From NCBI GenBank assembly GCA_038214685.1, contig JBBQRO010000001.1, positions 15,729 through 79,728 of the forward strand: DNA of 64,000 nucleotides. Direction: 5' to 3'. Both the position numbers and the translations under genes were made by a program. This document shows positions 18,074-28,079 of the stretch, one piece after another. The notes under the pieces were generated by a model. That model made no database searches. It saw nothing but the letters and a program-made list of their open reading frames with translations, and was not told where the DNA came from. The stretch's first letter is position 1, and every line of letters begins with the position of its first letter. Origin of the DNA: Acidimicrobiales bacterium. Lineage in GTDB: Bacteria > Actinomycetota > Acidimicrobiia > Acidimicrobiales > AC-14.

Positions 18074-20665
18074 ATGGATGCCCAGGAACTTCGCCGCGCC
18101 TTCACCGGGTTCTTCGTCGACCGTGGCCACACACTGCATCCGTCGATGGGCCTGATCCCGCACCACCCTGCCGCGCCCATGTTCGCCAACGCCGGCACGA
18201 ACCAGTTCCTGCCCATCATCCTGGGCGAGGAGCAGGTACCCGCCCCGCCCCGGGCCACGTCGGTGCAGAAGTGCCTCCGGGTCAAGGGCAAGCACGACGA
18301 CATCGCCAACGTCGGCGTCACCTCAGGTCATCTCACCTTCTTCCAGATGCTGGGGAACTTCAGCTTCGGCGACTACTTCAAGGCGGAGGTCATCCCGTGG
18401 GCCTGGGAGCTCCTCACCGAGGTGCTGAAGATCGACGGCGACCGGCTGTGGGTCACCGTGCACGACACCGACGACGAGGCCGCGGCCATCTGGCGGGATT
18501 CGGTGGGCCTGGCCCCTGAGCGGATCCAGCGCATGGGCGCCGACAACTTCTGGGAGATGGGGGAGACGGGCCCGTGCGGACCGTCCTCGGAGATCTTCTA
18601 CGACCGCGGCGAGGCCTACGGCGCGCCCGGCGGCCCGGCCCACGGTGGCGAGGCCCGGTTCCTGGAGATCTGGAACCTGGTGTTCATGCAGTACAACCGC
18701 CAGGCCGGCGGCACTTTGGCCCCCCTGCCGCTGCGCATCATCGACACCGGCGCCGGCCTGGAGCGCATGCTCACCGTCCTCCAGGGCGTCGACTCGGTGT
18801 TCGAGACCGACGAGCTGCAGCGCCTGGTGGCCGCAGCCGAGACAGCCACCGGCCGGCGTCTGGGCGACGACCCCGAGGCCGACGTCAGCCTGCGCGTCCT
18901 GGCCGACCATGCCCGCACGGTCACCTTCATGGTGGCCGACGGCCAAACGCCCTCCAACGAGGACCGGGGCTACGTGCTGCGCCGCATCCTGCGGCGGGCC
19001 GTCCGCCACGCCTTCGGGCTGGGCGTCGAGGGACGAGTCCTGCCGGCCCTGGTCGAGGCCGTGGTCGACGTGATGGGCCCGGCCTATCCCGAACTGGAGG
19101 GGGCCCGGGCCGACATCGTCGGGATCATCGCCCGGGAGGAGGAGCGGTTCCACCGCACTCTGCGGTCGGGCTCGGCCATCCTCGACGAGGAGCTGGCCAC
19201 GGCGGCCGCCGGCGGCGGCACCCTGGCCGGCGCCGTGGCCTTCCGGCTCCACGACACCTATGGGTTCCCGCTCGAGCTCACCCTGGAGGTGGCCACCGAG
19301 CGTGGGGTCACCGTCGACATGGTCGGGTTCGAGCAGGCGATGGAGGCCCAGCGGCGCATGGGCCAGCAAGCGGCCGACACGAGCAAGGCCGGCGTGCCTG
19401 CCGATGCCGAGGATCGGCGGTCGGTCTACAAGACCCTGCTCGCCGAGGGTCCGGTGGAGTTCACCGGCTATTCCGAGCAGGTCACCACAGCCCGGGTCCG
19501 GGCCGTCGTCGGCGAGGAAATCTTCCTCGATCGCACCCCCTTCTACGCCGAAGGCGGCGGCCAGGTGGGTGACATGGGCACCATCGTCGGCCCCACGGGG
19601 GCCGCCGAGGTCCTCGACACCACCTACGCCCTCCCCGGCCTGCACCGCCACACCGTCCGCCTGACCGAGGGTGAGATTACCGCCGGCCAGGAGGTCACCG
19701 CCACCGTCGACACCGGCCGGCGAGAAGCCATCCGCCGCAACCATACCGGTACCCACCTGCTCCACTGGGCCCTGCGCGAGGTGCTGGGTAGCCACGTGAA
19801 GCAGGCCGGCTCCCTGGTGGCGCCCGACCGGCTCCGTTTCGACTTCAGCCACTACGAGGCCGTCACGGCCGACGAGCTGGAGAGGGTCGAGGCCCTGGCC
19901 AATCACCAGGTGCTGGCCAACGAGCCGGTGAAGGCCTACGAGGTGTCCAAGGCCGAAGCCGAACGCCTGGGCGCCATCGCCTTCTTCGGCGAGAAGTACG
20001 GCGAGGTCGTGCGGGTCGTCGAGGCCGGGCCCCGGTCGGTCGAGCTGTGCGGCGGCACCCACGTGCACGCCCTGGGCACCATCGGGCCGATCAAGATCAC
20101 CTCCGAGAGCTCCATCGGGGCCAACCTGCGCCGCATCGAGGCGGTCACCGGCATGGCCAGCCTCGACCGCATCCGCAACGAGACGCACACCCTCGGCCGC
20201 ACGGCCACGCTCCTGCGGGTGACGCCGCCCGAGGTGCCGGGCCGGGTGGAGCGCCTGCTCGACGACCAGCGCGGCCTGGCCGATGAGATCAAGGCCCTAC
20301 GCCGCCAGGGCGCCGGCGGCCGGGCCCGTGAGCTGGCGGGCCAGGCGGTCGGCGGGGTGGTCGTGGCCCGGGTCGACGGCACGACGAGAGACGACCTGAA
20401 GGACCTGGCCCTGGCCATTCGCGACCAGCCGGGCATGCGGGCCGTGGTTCTGGGCGGGGAGCCCGAGGGCGGCGGCGTCTCCCTGATCGCCGCAGTGGTG
20501 AAGAACAGCGGCCTCGACGCGTCCCAGCTACTGGCCGACGCCGCCCGCACGGTGGGAGGCGGTGGCGGGCGGGGCGCGGATGTGGCCGTGGCCGGCGGGC
20601 GCGACCCGGGCCGGCTCGACGAAGCGCTCCAACAGGCCCGCCGGGCGGCCGGGGCGGGCTCGTGA
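18074..20665 (+). CDS. alaS: alanine--tRNA ligase
   Basis: Motifs FANAGTNQF and FEMLGNFSFGDYFK-like (FQMLGNFSFGDYFK) are present, along with the editing-domain HTGTHLLH and CGGTHV. Confidence 0.97.
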   Translation: MDAQELRRAFTGFFVDRGHTLHPSMGLIPHHPAAPMFANAGTNQFLPIILGEEQVPAPPRATSVQKCLRVKGKHDDIANVGVTSGHLTFFQMLGNFSFGDYFKAEVIPWAWELLTEVLKIDGDRLWVTVHDTDDEAAAIWRDSVGLAPERIQRMGADNFWEMGETGPCGPSSEIFYDRGEAYGAPGGPAHGGEARFLEIWNLVFMQYNRQAGGTLAPLPLRIIDTGAGLERMLTVLQGVDSVFETDELQRLVAAAETATGRRLGDDPEADVSLRVLADHARTVTFMVADGQTPSNEDRGYVLRRILRRAVRHAFGLGVEGRVLPALVEAVVDVMGPAYPELEGARADIVGIIAREEERFHRTLRSGSAILDEELATAAAGGGTLAGAVAFRLHDTYGFPLELTLEVATERGVTVDMVGFEQAMEAQRRMGQQAADTSKAGVPADAEDRRSVYKTLLAEGPVEFTGYSEQVTTARVRAVVGEEIFLDRTPFYAEGGGQVGDMGTIVGPTGAAEVLDTTYALPGLHRHTVRLTEGEITAGQEVTATVDTGRREAIRRNHTGTHLLHWALREVLGSHVKQAGSLVAPDRLRFDFSHYEAVTADELERVEALANHQVLANEPVKAYEVSKAEAERLGAIAFFGEKYGEVVRVVEAGPRSVELCGGTHVHALGTIGPIKITSESSIGANLRRIEAVTGMASLDRIRNETHTLGRTATLLRVTPPEVPGRVERLLDDQRGLADEIKALRRQGAGGRARELAGQAVGGVVVARVDGTTRDDLKDLALAIRDQPGMRAVVLGGEPEGGGVSLIAAVVKNSGLDASQLLADAARTVGGGGGRGADVAVAGGRDPGRLDEALQQARRAAGAGS

Positions 20666-21105
20666 GGGCGGTGGCCCTCGACCTCGGCACCCGGCGGATC
20701 GGGGTGGCGGTCAGCGACTCGGGAGGAACCATGGCAACGCCGTACAGCACCATTCAGCGGTCGGGCAACGTCGGCGCCGACCGGGCCCGGGTGGCCGAGA
20801 TCGTGACCGAGGTCGGCGCCGGCCTGGTGGTCGTGGGCCTGCCACTGTCGATGGACGGCAGCGAGGGCGCCGCGGCCCGAGCCGCCCTCGATGAGGCCGA
20901 GGCCCTGCGGGAAGTGCTCGACGTGCCCGTCGAGTGCCACGACGAGCGGCTGACCAGCGTCAGCGCCAACCGCTCGTTGACCGAGGCGGGCGTCACCGGC
21001 CGGCGCCGGCGGCGGGCCCGGGAAGCCGGCGCCGTCGACCAGGCTGCGGCCGCCGTCATGTTGCAGTCGTGGCTGGACACCAACCGGAACGGCACCGGGG
21101 CATGA
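20662..21105 (+). CDS. ruvX: Holliday junction resolvase-like pre-16S rRNA nuclease RuvX/YqgF
   Basis: The motif ALDLGTRRIGVAVSD is present. The start overlaps alaS in a GTGA junction. Confidence 0.9.
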   Translation: MRAVALDLGTRRIGVAVSDSGGTMATPYSTIQRSGNVGADRARVAEIVTEVGAGLVVVGLPLSMDGSEGAAARAALDEAEALREVLDVPVECHDERLTSVSANRSLTEAGVTGRRRRRAREAGAVDQAAAAVMLQSWLDTNRNGTGA

Positions 21106-22178
21106 GCGTCGACGTCCGCCGGGATTCGCCCGACTACTTCCAGTACGAGGAACACGGCCGGCGGTGGCCCTTCATCCTTCTCGCCCTGGCCCTGACCTTC
21201 CTGGTCCTGGCTGGCTCGGGCGTGCTCTGGGTCCAGCGCCAGGTCAACCCCTCGGGGGCCAGCGGCCCGGCGGTGCGGGTGACGGTGGAGCAGGGTATGT
21301 CCACCAGCGACATCGCCGCCCTGCTCGAGACCGAGGGCATCATCCCCAACGCGGACGTGTTCAAGTACTACGCCCGGCTGACCGGCGTGGCGTCGATCCA
21401 GGCCGGCGCCTACAGCCTCGACAAGAACTCCAATCTCAGCGACGTGGTCAAGGTCCTCGAGGGTGGCGCGGCCAAGGCCGAGGAGGAGCGGGTCACCGTG
21501 CCCGAGGGCCTCACCCTGCCCGAGGTGGCCAGGGTGATCGGCGAGATGCCGGGGCGGTCGGCCGACAAGTTCATGGAAGTGGCCAACGGCGGCACCATCC
21601 GCTCGCAGTACCAGCCGGCGGGCAACAACAGCCTCGAAGGTCTCATCCTGCCCGAGACCTACTTCGTGGCCAAGGGCGACGACGAGGCGGCGATCCTCCG
21701 CAAGATGGTCGACGCCTTCGACTCCCTGGCCACCCAGCTCAACCTGACGGGCGCGGCCGCCCGCTTCGGCATCACGCCCTATCAGGCGGTGATCGTGGCC
21801 TCCCTGGTCGAGCGCGAGGCCCGCGTCGACGAGGACCGTGGCAAGGTGGCCCGGGTGATCTACAACCGTCTGGAGCGCAAGATGCAGCTCCAGATCGACG
21901 CCACCGTCCTCTACGCCCTGAACCGTCCGCAGGAGTCGGTCAGCTTCAAGGACCGCGAGGTCAACTCGCCCTACAACACCTACCGGATCCCGGGCCTGCC
22001 GCCGGGCCCCATCGCCAGTCCGGGTCGCAAGTCGTTGGAGGCCACCGCCTCACCCACCGCCGGTAACTGGATCTACTACGTGCTCACCGACGCCAACGGG
22101 CGGCACTCCTTCACCGCGGATGACCGCGAGTTCCAGAACCTGGTCAACGTGTGCATCGCCAAGGGGCTGTGCGGCTGA
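21102..22178 (+). CDS. mltG: endolytic murein transglycosylase MltG (YceG family)
   Basis: It has an N-terminal TM helix and the motif SPYNTYRIPGLPPGPIASPG. The ATGA junction with ruvX sets the start at 21102. Confidence 0.9.
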   Translation: MSVDVRRDSPDYFQYEEHGRRWPFILLALALTFLVLAGSGVLWVQRQVNPSGASGPAVRVTVEQGMSTSDIAALLETEGIIPNADVFKYYARLTGVASIQAGAYSLDKNSNLSDVVKVLEGGAAKAEEERVTVPEGLTLPEVARVIGEMPGRSADKFMEVANGGTIRSQYQPAGNNSLEGLILPETYFVAKGDDEAAILRKMVDAFDSLATQLNLTGAAARFGITPYQAVIVASLVEREARVDEDRGKVARVIYNRLERKMQLQIDATVLYALNRPQESVSFKDREVNSPYNTYRIPGLPPGPIASPGRKSLEATASPTAGNWIYYVLTDANGRHSFTADDREFQNLVNVCIAKGLCG

Positions 22179-22188
22179 CCTGGTCCCA

Positions 22189-23049
22189 GTGACCGCCCCG
22201 AACGCAGATACCCGTCTGGCCGCGGTCATCGGGTCCCCGGTCAGGCACTCGCTGTCGCCGGCCATGCACAACGCCGCGTTCCGCGAACTGGGCCTGAACT
22301 GGGTCTACCTGGCCTTCGAGGTGGCCCCCGGCTCGGTGGACGTGGCCTTCGACGGCATCCGGGCCCTGGGCATCGGCGGGCTCTCGGTCACCATCCCCCA
22401 CAAGGCGGCGGCGCTGGCCGCGGTCGACGATGCCACCGCCGCCGCGTCGGCGATCGGCGCGGCCAATACCGTCGTGCGCCGGGACGACGGTTCAATGCTC
22501 GGGGACAACACCGACGGAGCGGGGTTCCTTGCGTCGCTCGCCGAGGAGGGCTTCGACCCGAACGGCCGGGCCTGTGCCGTGCTCGGCGCCGGCGGTGCGG
22601 CCCGCGCCGTCGTGCACGCTCTGGCCGGCGCGGGGGCGGCCGAGGTGACGGTGGTCAACCGCACGGCATCGAGGGCGGAGTCGGCCGCCGAGCTGGCCGG
22701 CGTCGTCGGCCGGGTCGGCGCCGCTGCCGATGTCGGGCGTGTCGACCTGGTCGTCAATGCCACCCCGATCGGCCTGGCCGGCGCTGACCCCCGCGGCCTG
22801 CCGATCGACCCCCGGCTGCTCGGTCCGGGCCAGCTGGTGGTCGACCTGGTGCCCAATCCGGCGGTGACGGTCCTGATGCGGGAGGCCCTGGACCGCGGCG
22901 CCCGGGTGGCGGGCGGCCTGGGCATGCTCGTGCACCAGGGGGCGCTGGCCTTCGAGCTGTGGACCGGCCGGCCGGCGCCCGTCGAGGTGCTGCGGGCCGC
23001 CGCCGTTCAAGCGCTCACCCAGACCGGCCCGGAAGGCCGGTCCGGGTGA
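22189..23049 (+). CDS. aroE: shikimate dehydrogenase
   Basis: Motifs VIGSPVRHSLSPAMHNAAF and GAGGAARAV are present. GTG 22189 lies 10 nt after the mltG stop. The last 8 codons are encoded by a family-1 hairpin. Confidence 0.9.
   Translation: MTAPNADTRLAAVIGSPVRHSLSPAMHNAAFRELGLNWVYLAFEVAPGSVDVAFDGIRALGIGGLSVTIPHKAAALAAVDDATAAASAIGAANTVVRRDDGSMLGDNTDGAGFLASLAEEGFDPNGRACAVLGAGGAARAVVHALAGAGAAEVTVVNRTASRAESAAELAGVVGRVGAAADVGRVDLVVNATPIGLAGADPRGLPIDPRLLGPGQLVVDLVPNPAVTVLMREALDRGARVAGGLGMLVHQGALAFELWTGRPAPVEVLRAAAVQALTQTGPEGRSG
23022..23043 (+). repeat. Family-1 hairpin core embedded in the aroE 3' coding end
   Basis: The sequence GACCGGCCCGGAAGGCCGGTCC differs from the family core by one loop base. 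It is translated as TGPEGRS and lies directly before the GTGA aroE/peptidase junction. Confidence 0.8.
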
Positions 23050-23732
23050 CGGCGACGATCGTCGTGCTCTGCGCCCTGCTCGGGGTGCCGGGCGGCATGC
23101 TGGCCAACCTGCTGATCGACCGCATTCCCGACAAGGAGCCGCTCCGTCCCCTACCCACCCTCGCCAGCCAGACCCGTTCGGTCCGCCAACTCCTGGTCAT
23201 CGTGGCCACCGTCGGCCTCTTCGCCGGGACCGCCGTCCGCTTCGGCGCCGACTGGGTCGTGCCGGCCTATCTGGTGTTCTTCGTGTGTCTGGTGTCGGTG
23301 AGCGTCATCGACTCGAAGCTGCAGATCATCCCCAACCGCATCGTCTATCCCACGATTTTCGCCTCTGTCCCGTTGCTGGCCCTGGCCGCGCTGGTCGGCG
23401 GGGAGTGGGGCCGGTTCGGCCACGCCCTCATGGGGGCGACGCTGGCCTGGCTGGCCCTCCTCGTCATCCACCTGATCTCACCGGCGGGCATGGGCTTTGG
23501 CGACGTGCGCCTCTCCTTCGTGCTGGGCCTGTTCCTGGGCTGGATCAACCTCACCCATGTGCTCACCGGCCTGTTCCTGGGCGTGCTGCTCATTTCCGCA
23601 GTGGGCCTGGTGCTGGCCGGCCTGCGCCTCAAAAGCCTGCAGGAGCACATCGCGTTCGGCCCGTTCCTCGCCGCCGGCTCCACACTTGCCGTCTTCGCCG
23701 GCGGGCCCATCATCCGTTGGTGGACCGGCTGA
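23046..23732 (+). CDS. A24 family prepilin peptidase-like membrane aspartyl protease
   Basis: The protein is multi-TM. Both candidate catalytic Asp contexts are present ([12 protein letters not shown] and GMGFGDVRL). The start overlaps aroE in a GTGA junction. Confidence 0.8.
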   Translation: MTATIVVLCALLGVPGGMLANLLIDRIPDKEPLRPLPTLASQTRSVRQLLVIVATVGLFAGTAVRFGADWVVPAYLVFFVCLVSVSVIDSKLQIIPNRIVYPTIFASVPLLALAALVGGEWGRFGHALMGATLAWLALLVIHLISPAGMGFGDVRLSFVLGLFLGWINLTHVLTGLFLGVLLISAVGLVLAGLRLKSLQEHIAFGPFLAAGSTLAVFAGGPIIRWWTG

Positions 23733-23778
23733 GCCGACCACGAACCCTCTCGTGGCCCGCCCCGGTAGATTCGGGTCG

Positions 23779-24930
23779 ATGCTCCGCTACCTGACCGCCG
23801 GCGAGTCCCACGGCAAGGCCCTCGTCGTGACCCTCGACGGGCTGCCCGCCGGCCTCCCCATCACCGCGGAGGAGATTGCCGGCGAGCTGGGCCGGCGCCG
23901 GCTGGGCTACGGGCGTGGTCCCCGGATGCGCTTCGAGCAGGACGAGCTGACCCTCCTCGGGGGCGTGCGCCACGGCCGCACGATCGGGTCGCCGGTGGCC
24001 ATCGAGATCGGCAACACCGAGTGGCCGAAGTGGACGGCGGAGATGGACCCCGCACCGGGCGCCACCGAGAAGCGGCTCACCCGGCCCCGCCCCGGCCATG
24101 CCGACCTGGCCGGCATGCAGAAGTACGGCCTCACCGACGCCCGCGACGTCCTCGAGCGGGCCTCGGCGCGGGAAACGGCCGCCCGGGTGGCCGCCGGGGC
24201 GTGCGCCAAGGCCCTGCTCTCCCATCTCGGCATCTCGGTCCTGTCTCACGTGGTGCAGATGGGTCCGGTGGTGGCCAAGTCCGTCGAGCGGCCCACGCCG
24301 GCCGACCTGGAGGCGGTCGACGCATCCCAGGTCCGCTGCTTCGACTCCGACGCCGAGGGGGCCATGATCGCCGAGATCAAGGCCGCAGCCAAGGAGGGCG
24401 ACTCCCTCGGCGGGGTGGTCGAAGTGCTGGCCTACGGCGTGCCCGTCGGCCTGGGCAGCCACGTCCACTGGGACCGTCGGCTCGACGGGCTCCTGGCCCA
24501 GGCCATCTGCAGCATCCAGGCGGTCAAGGGCGTCGGCTTCGGCGAGGGGTTCGAGTCCGCCGGCCGCCGGGGCTCGGAGGCCCACGACGAGATCCACTGG
24601 GACGAATCGCAGTCCTACCACCGCGAGACGACCAGGGCGGGAGGCATCGAGGGCGGCATGTCCACCGGCGGGCTCATCGTGCTCCAGGCGGCCATGAAGC
24701 CGCTCTCCACCCTCAACCGCCCGGTGCTCAAGACCGTCGACGTCGAGACCAAGGAGAGCACCGTCTCCTTCAAGGAGCGCACCGACGTCACCGCGGTACC
24801 GGCGGCCGGTGTGGTGGCCGAGACCATGGTGGCTCTCGTGCTGGCCGGCGAGGCCCTGCACAAGTTCGGCGGCGACTCGGTGGCCGAGATGGTCCGCAAC
24901 CGCGACGGCTACCTGAAGTCCCTTGAGTGA
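23779..24930 (+). CDS. aroC: chorismate synthase
   Basis: The N-terminus is [15 protein letters not shown], and RPGHAD and GGGMSTG-type motifs are present. Confidence 0.95.
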   Translation: MLRYLTAGESHGKALVVTLDGLPAGLPITAEEIAGELGRRRLGYGRGPRMRFEQDELTLLGGVRHGRTIGSPVAIEIGNTEWPKWTAEMDPAPGATEKRLTRPRPGHADLAGMQKYGLTDARDVLERASARETAARVAAGACAKALLSHLGISVLSHVVQMGPVVAKSVERPTPADLEAVDASQVRCFDSDAEGAMIAEIKAAAKEGDSLGGVVEVLAYGVPVGLGSHVHWDRRLDGLLAQAICSIQAVKGVGFGEGFESAGRRGSEAHDEIHWDESQSYHRETTRAGGIEGGMSTGGLIVLQAAMKPLSTLNRPVLKTVDVETKESTVSFKERTDVTAVPAAGVVAETMVALVLAGEALHKFGGDSVAEMVRNRDGYLKSLE

Positions 24931-25447
24931 GTCGTCGATTCTGCTGGTGGGAATGATGGCGGTGGGCAAGACCAGCGTCGGTCGCCGGCTGGCGGCTCGC
25001 CGGGGATGGGAGTTCCTCGATTCCGACCGCCAGATCGAGACCATGACCGGGCGGACCGTCGCCGAGATCTGGCGCACCGCCGGCGAGCCGGAGTTCCGCC
25101 GGCTCGAGGCCCAGGTGCTGGCCGACGCGTTGGCGTCGACCACGCCCCGAATCATCGCCGCGGCCGGCGGCACCGTGCTCGACGAGACCAACCGCCGGCT
25201 CATGCGGGTCCACGACCCCGTCGTCTGGCTGCGAGCCCGACCCGACGTGCTGGCCACCCGACTCGGCACGGCCACCCACCGGCCGCTGCTCGACGAGGAC
25301 CCGGCCGGCGTCCTCGAGCGCCTCGACGCCATCCGCCGCCCCCTATACAGCGACGTGGCCGACGTGGTGGTCGACGTCGACGACCTCACGCCGGACCAGG
25401 TCGTGGCCTGCATCGAGGCGGCGCTGGAGCACCCGACGGATGGCTGA
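24923..25447 (+). CDS. aroK: shikimate kinase
   Basis: The P-loop [17 protein letters not shown] is present. The start is TTG 24923, and its exact position is uncertain. Confidence 0.9.
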   Translation: MSESSILLVGMMAVGKTSVGRRLAARRGWEFLDSDRQIETMTGRTVAEIWRTAGEPEFRRLEAQVLADALASTTPRIIAAAGGTVLDETNRRLMRVHDPVVWLRARPDVLATRLGTATHRPLLDEDPAGVLERLDAIRRPLYSDVADVVVDVDDLTPDQVVACIEAALEHPTDG

Positions 25448-26459
25448 CTCGATGATCACCGTCCCGGTCCCCCTCGGCGGCGCCCGCTCCTACGACGTGC
25501 TGGTCGGCGCCGGCGCCCGCCATCGGCTGCTCGAAGTCCTGCCCGTCGGCGCGCACCGGGCGGCCATCGTGACCCAGCAGGCGGTGGGCGTCACCGTCGA
25601 CGCCGGCGTGGAGCAGCGCACGTTCCTCATGGGCGACGGCGAGGCCGCCAAGTGCATGGAGACGGTCGAGGAGCTGTGCCGGGCGTTCTCACGGTGGGGC
25701 CTGACCCGGGGCGACGTGGTGGTGGCCGTCGGCGGGGGAGTGGTGACCGATGCCGCCGGGTTCGCCGCGGCGGTGTACCACCGGGGCGTGCCGGTGGTAC
25801 ACGTGTCCACCACACTGCTCGGCCAGGTTGACGCCGCCATCGGCGGGAAGACCGGCGTCAACCTACCCGAGGGCAAGAACCTGGTTGGAGCGTTCTGGCA
25901 GCCGGCGGCCGTGCTGTGCGACACCGAGGTGCTGGCCACATTGCCGCCCCGGGAGTACCGCAGCGGGTTGGGCGAGATGGCCAAGTACGCCTTCCTGGGC
26001 GTCGACCGCCTCCCCGACCTTCCCCTCGACGAAGCGGTCGCCGCGTGTGTGCGGTGCAAGGCCGACCACATCGCTGCCGACGAGCTCGAGCGCACCGGCA
26101 CGCGGGCACTGCTCAACTACGGCCACACCCTGGCCCACGCCCTGGAGACCGCCGGCGCCTACGACCTGCGCCACGGCGAGGCGGTGGCCATCGGCCTGGT
26201 CTTCGCCGCCCGCCTGGCCCGGCGCCTCGGGCGGATCGACACCGAGGCCGTCGCCGAGCACCTGCGCGTCGTCGCCGGCTACGACCTGCCCACCGAGGTC
26301 CCGGCTTCCTGCGAGCCGACGGACCTGGTCGCCCTCATGGCCCGCGACAAGAAGGCGGTCGACGGGCTCACCTTTGTGCTCGACGGCCCCCGGGGCGTCG
26401 AAGTGGTGAGCGGCGTGCCCGCCGACGCCGTCGAGGCCACCCTCAGAGAGGCGCACTGA
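25440..26459 (+). CDS. aroB: 3-dehydroquinate synthase
   Basis: The motif GGGVVTDAAGFAAAVYHRGVPVVHVSTTLLGQVDAAIGGKTGVN is present, as are the metal-ligand histidines in NYGHTLAHALE. Confidence 0.95.
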   Translation: MADSMITVPVPLGGARSYDVLVGAGARHRLLEVLPVGAHRAAIVTQQAVGVTVDAGVEQRTFLMGDGEAAKCMETVEELCRAFSRWGLTRGDVVVAVGGGVVTDAAGFAAAVYHRGVPVVHVSTTLLGQVDAAIGGKTGVNLPEGKNLVGAFWQPAAVLCDTEVLATLPPREYRSGLGEMAKYAFLGVDRLPDLPLDEAVAACVRCKADHIAADELERTGTRALLNYGHTLAHALETAGAYDLRHGEAVAIGLVFAARLARRLGRIDTEAVAEHLRVVAGYDLPTEVPASCEPTDLVALMARDKKAVDGLTFVLDGPRGVEVVSGVPADAVEATLREAH

Positions 26460-26917
26460 TGCCCACCGTCCTGCTCCTGTCGGGGCCCAACCTGAACCTC
26501 CTGGGGATCCGCGAGCCCGACATCTACGGGGCGGCCACCCTCGACGACCACGTGGTAACGGCCACTGCCGTCGCCTCCGACCTGGGGTTGGAGTTGGAGC
26601 ACCTGCAATCGAACCACGAGGGGGCGCTGGTCGAGGCGGTGCACGGGGCGCAGGGGCGGGTGGCCGCCGTCATCGTGAACGCCGCGGCCCTGACCCACTA
26701 CTCCTGGTCGTTGCGCGACGCCCTCGCCGCCTTCGAAGGCCCGGTGGTGGAGCTGCACCTGTCCAACACTGCGGCCCGGGAGCCCTGGCGGCACATCTCG
26801 GTCGTGACCCCTGTGGCCACCGGGGTCATCTCCGGCTTCGGGGGCCACGGCTACCGGCTGGCCGTCGAGGCCGTGGGCCTCCTCCTTTCCGAGAGTGGGC
26901 GATCCGGTGCCGCATAG
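26459..26917 (+). CDS. aroQ: type II 3-dehydroquinate dehydratase
   Basis: Motifs LLLSGPNLNLLGIREPDIYG and HLSN are present. The last roughly 9 codons and the TAG stop lie inside family-2 repeat copy C. Confidence 0.93.
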   Translation: MPTVLLLSGPNLNLLGIREPDIYGAATLDDHVVTATAVASDLGLELEHLQSNHEGALVEAVHGAQGRVAAVIVNAAALTHYSWSLRDALAAFEGPVVELHLSNTAAREPWRHISVVTPVATGVISGFGGHGYRLAVEAVGLLLSESGRSGAA

Positions 26918-26938
26918 CGCTGCGAATCGCCCACTCTC
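26891..26938 (+). repeat. Family-2 palindromic element, copy C
   Basis: The sequence is GAGAGTGGGCGATCCGGTGCCG…GCGAATCGCCCACTCTC. An A:T pair replaces the T:A pair of copies B and D at stem position 4, a compensatory change. Confidence 0.85.
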
Positions 26939-26978
26939 CGGTATCCCATCACCGGGCGGGAGTGAGAGAGTGGCCGTC

Positions 26979-28079
26979 ATGAAGCCCATGGACGTGGCGT
27001 CGCGCATCCCCCGGCTGCGCCAGCGGTTCGACGAGGCCGGCTGCGACGCCCTCCTGGTCACCCGCCTGGTCAACATCCGGTACCTCACCGGCTTCACCGG
27101 CTCGGCCGCGCTCCTGCTGGTGCGGCCCGATGAGCTGGTCTTCGTGACCGACGGCCGATATCGCGACCAGTCGGCGCTGGAGCTGGGCCAGGCCGGTGTC
27201 GAGGCCCGCATTCGGGTCGGCCTCACCGCCGGCAGCCAGAAGGAGTACCTGCAGGAGGAGGCCGGCGGCGTGGCCCGGCTCGGGCTGGAGGCGGCGGCGG
27301 TCACCTGGGCCCAGCAGCGCAAGTTCGACGGCGAGTGGTTTCCCGACGCCGAGCTGGTGGCCACCGACGCACTGGTGGAGGAGCTGCGCACGATCAAGGA
27401 CGCCGGCGAGGTCGAACGCATGGCCGCGGCGGCAACCATCGCCGATGAGGCCCTGGCCCGGGTGCGCCACCGCCTGGCCGAGCACCCGACCGAGGAGGAG
27501 TTCGCCCTCGAGCTGGACTTCGAGATGCGCCGGGGCGGGGCGTCGGCGCCCTCGTTCGACACCATCGTCGCCTCCGGGCCCAACGGGGCCAAGCCCCATC
27601 ACCGCCCGAGCGCGCGGCGCATCGAGGCCGGCGAGCTCGTCGTCGTCGACTTCGGGGCCATCGTGGAGGGCTACTGCTCCGACATGACACGAACCCTGTG
27701 CGTGGGAGAGCCGGCCTCGGCCACCGCCCGGCGCATGGTCGACGTGGTGGCTGCGAGTCAGCAGGCAGGTGTTGACGCGGTGCGGGCCGGCGCCGAGGGC
27801 AAGGCGGTCGACGAGGTGTGCCGGGCCGTCATCGCCGAGGCCGGGTGGGCCGACGCCTTCCTCCACAGCACCGGCCACGGCGTGGGCCTGGAGATCCACG
27901 AGGACCCGCGGGTGGCCTCCACCTCGACCGATACCCTGGTGGCCGGCCACGTCGTCACGGTGGAGCCCGGGGTGTACCTGGCCGAGTACGGCGGTGTCCG
28001 CATCGAGGACACCGTGGTCGTCACCGACGAGGGCTGCACCGTCCTCACCAACGCCACCAAGGAGCTTGTCGTCCTGTGA
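26979..28079 (+). CDS. M24 family Xaa-Pro aminopeptidase/dipeptidase
   Basis: It has a creatinase-like N-domain and the metal-ligand motif HSTGHGVGLEIHEDP. It lies between aroQ and efp, as in mycobacteria. The start could be ATG 26979 or GTG 26970. Confidence 0.9.
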   Translation: MKPMDVASRIPRLRQRFDEAGCDALLVTRLVNIRYLTGFTGSAALLLVRPDELVFVTDGRYRDQSALELGQAGVEARIRVGLTAGSQKEYLQEEAGGVARLGLEAAAVTWAQQRKFDGEWFPDAELVATDALVEELRTIKDAGEVERMAAAATIADEALARVRHRLAEHPTEEEFALELDFEMRRGGASAPSFDTIVASGPNGAKPHHRPSARRIEAGELVVVDFGAIVEGYCSDMTRTLCVGEPASATARRMVDVVAASQQAGVDAVRAGAEGKAVDEVCRAVIAEAGWADAFLHSTGHGVGLEIHEDPRVASTSTDTLVAGHVVTVEPGVYLAEYGGVRIEDTVVVTDEGCTVLTNATKELVVL

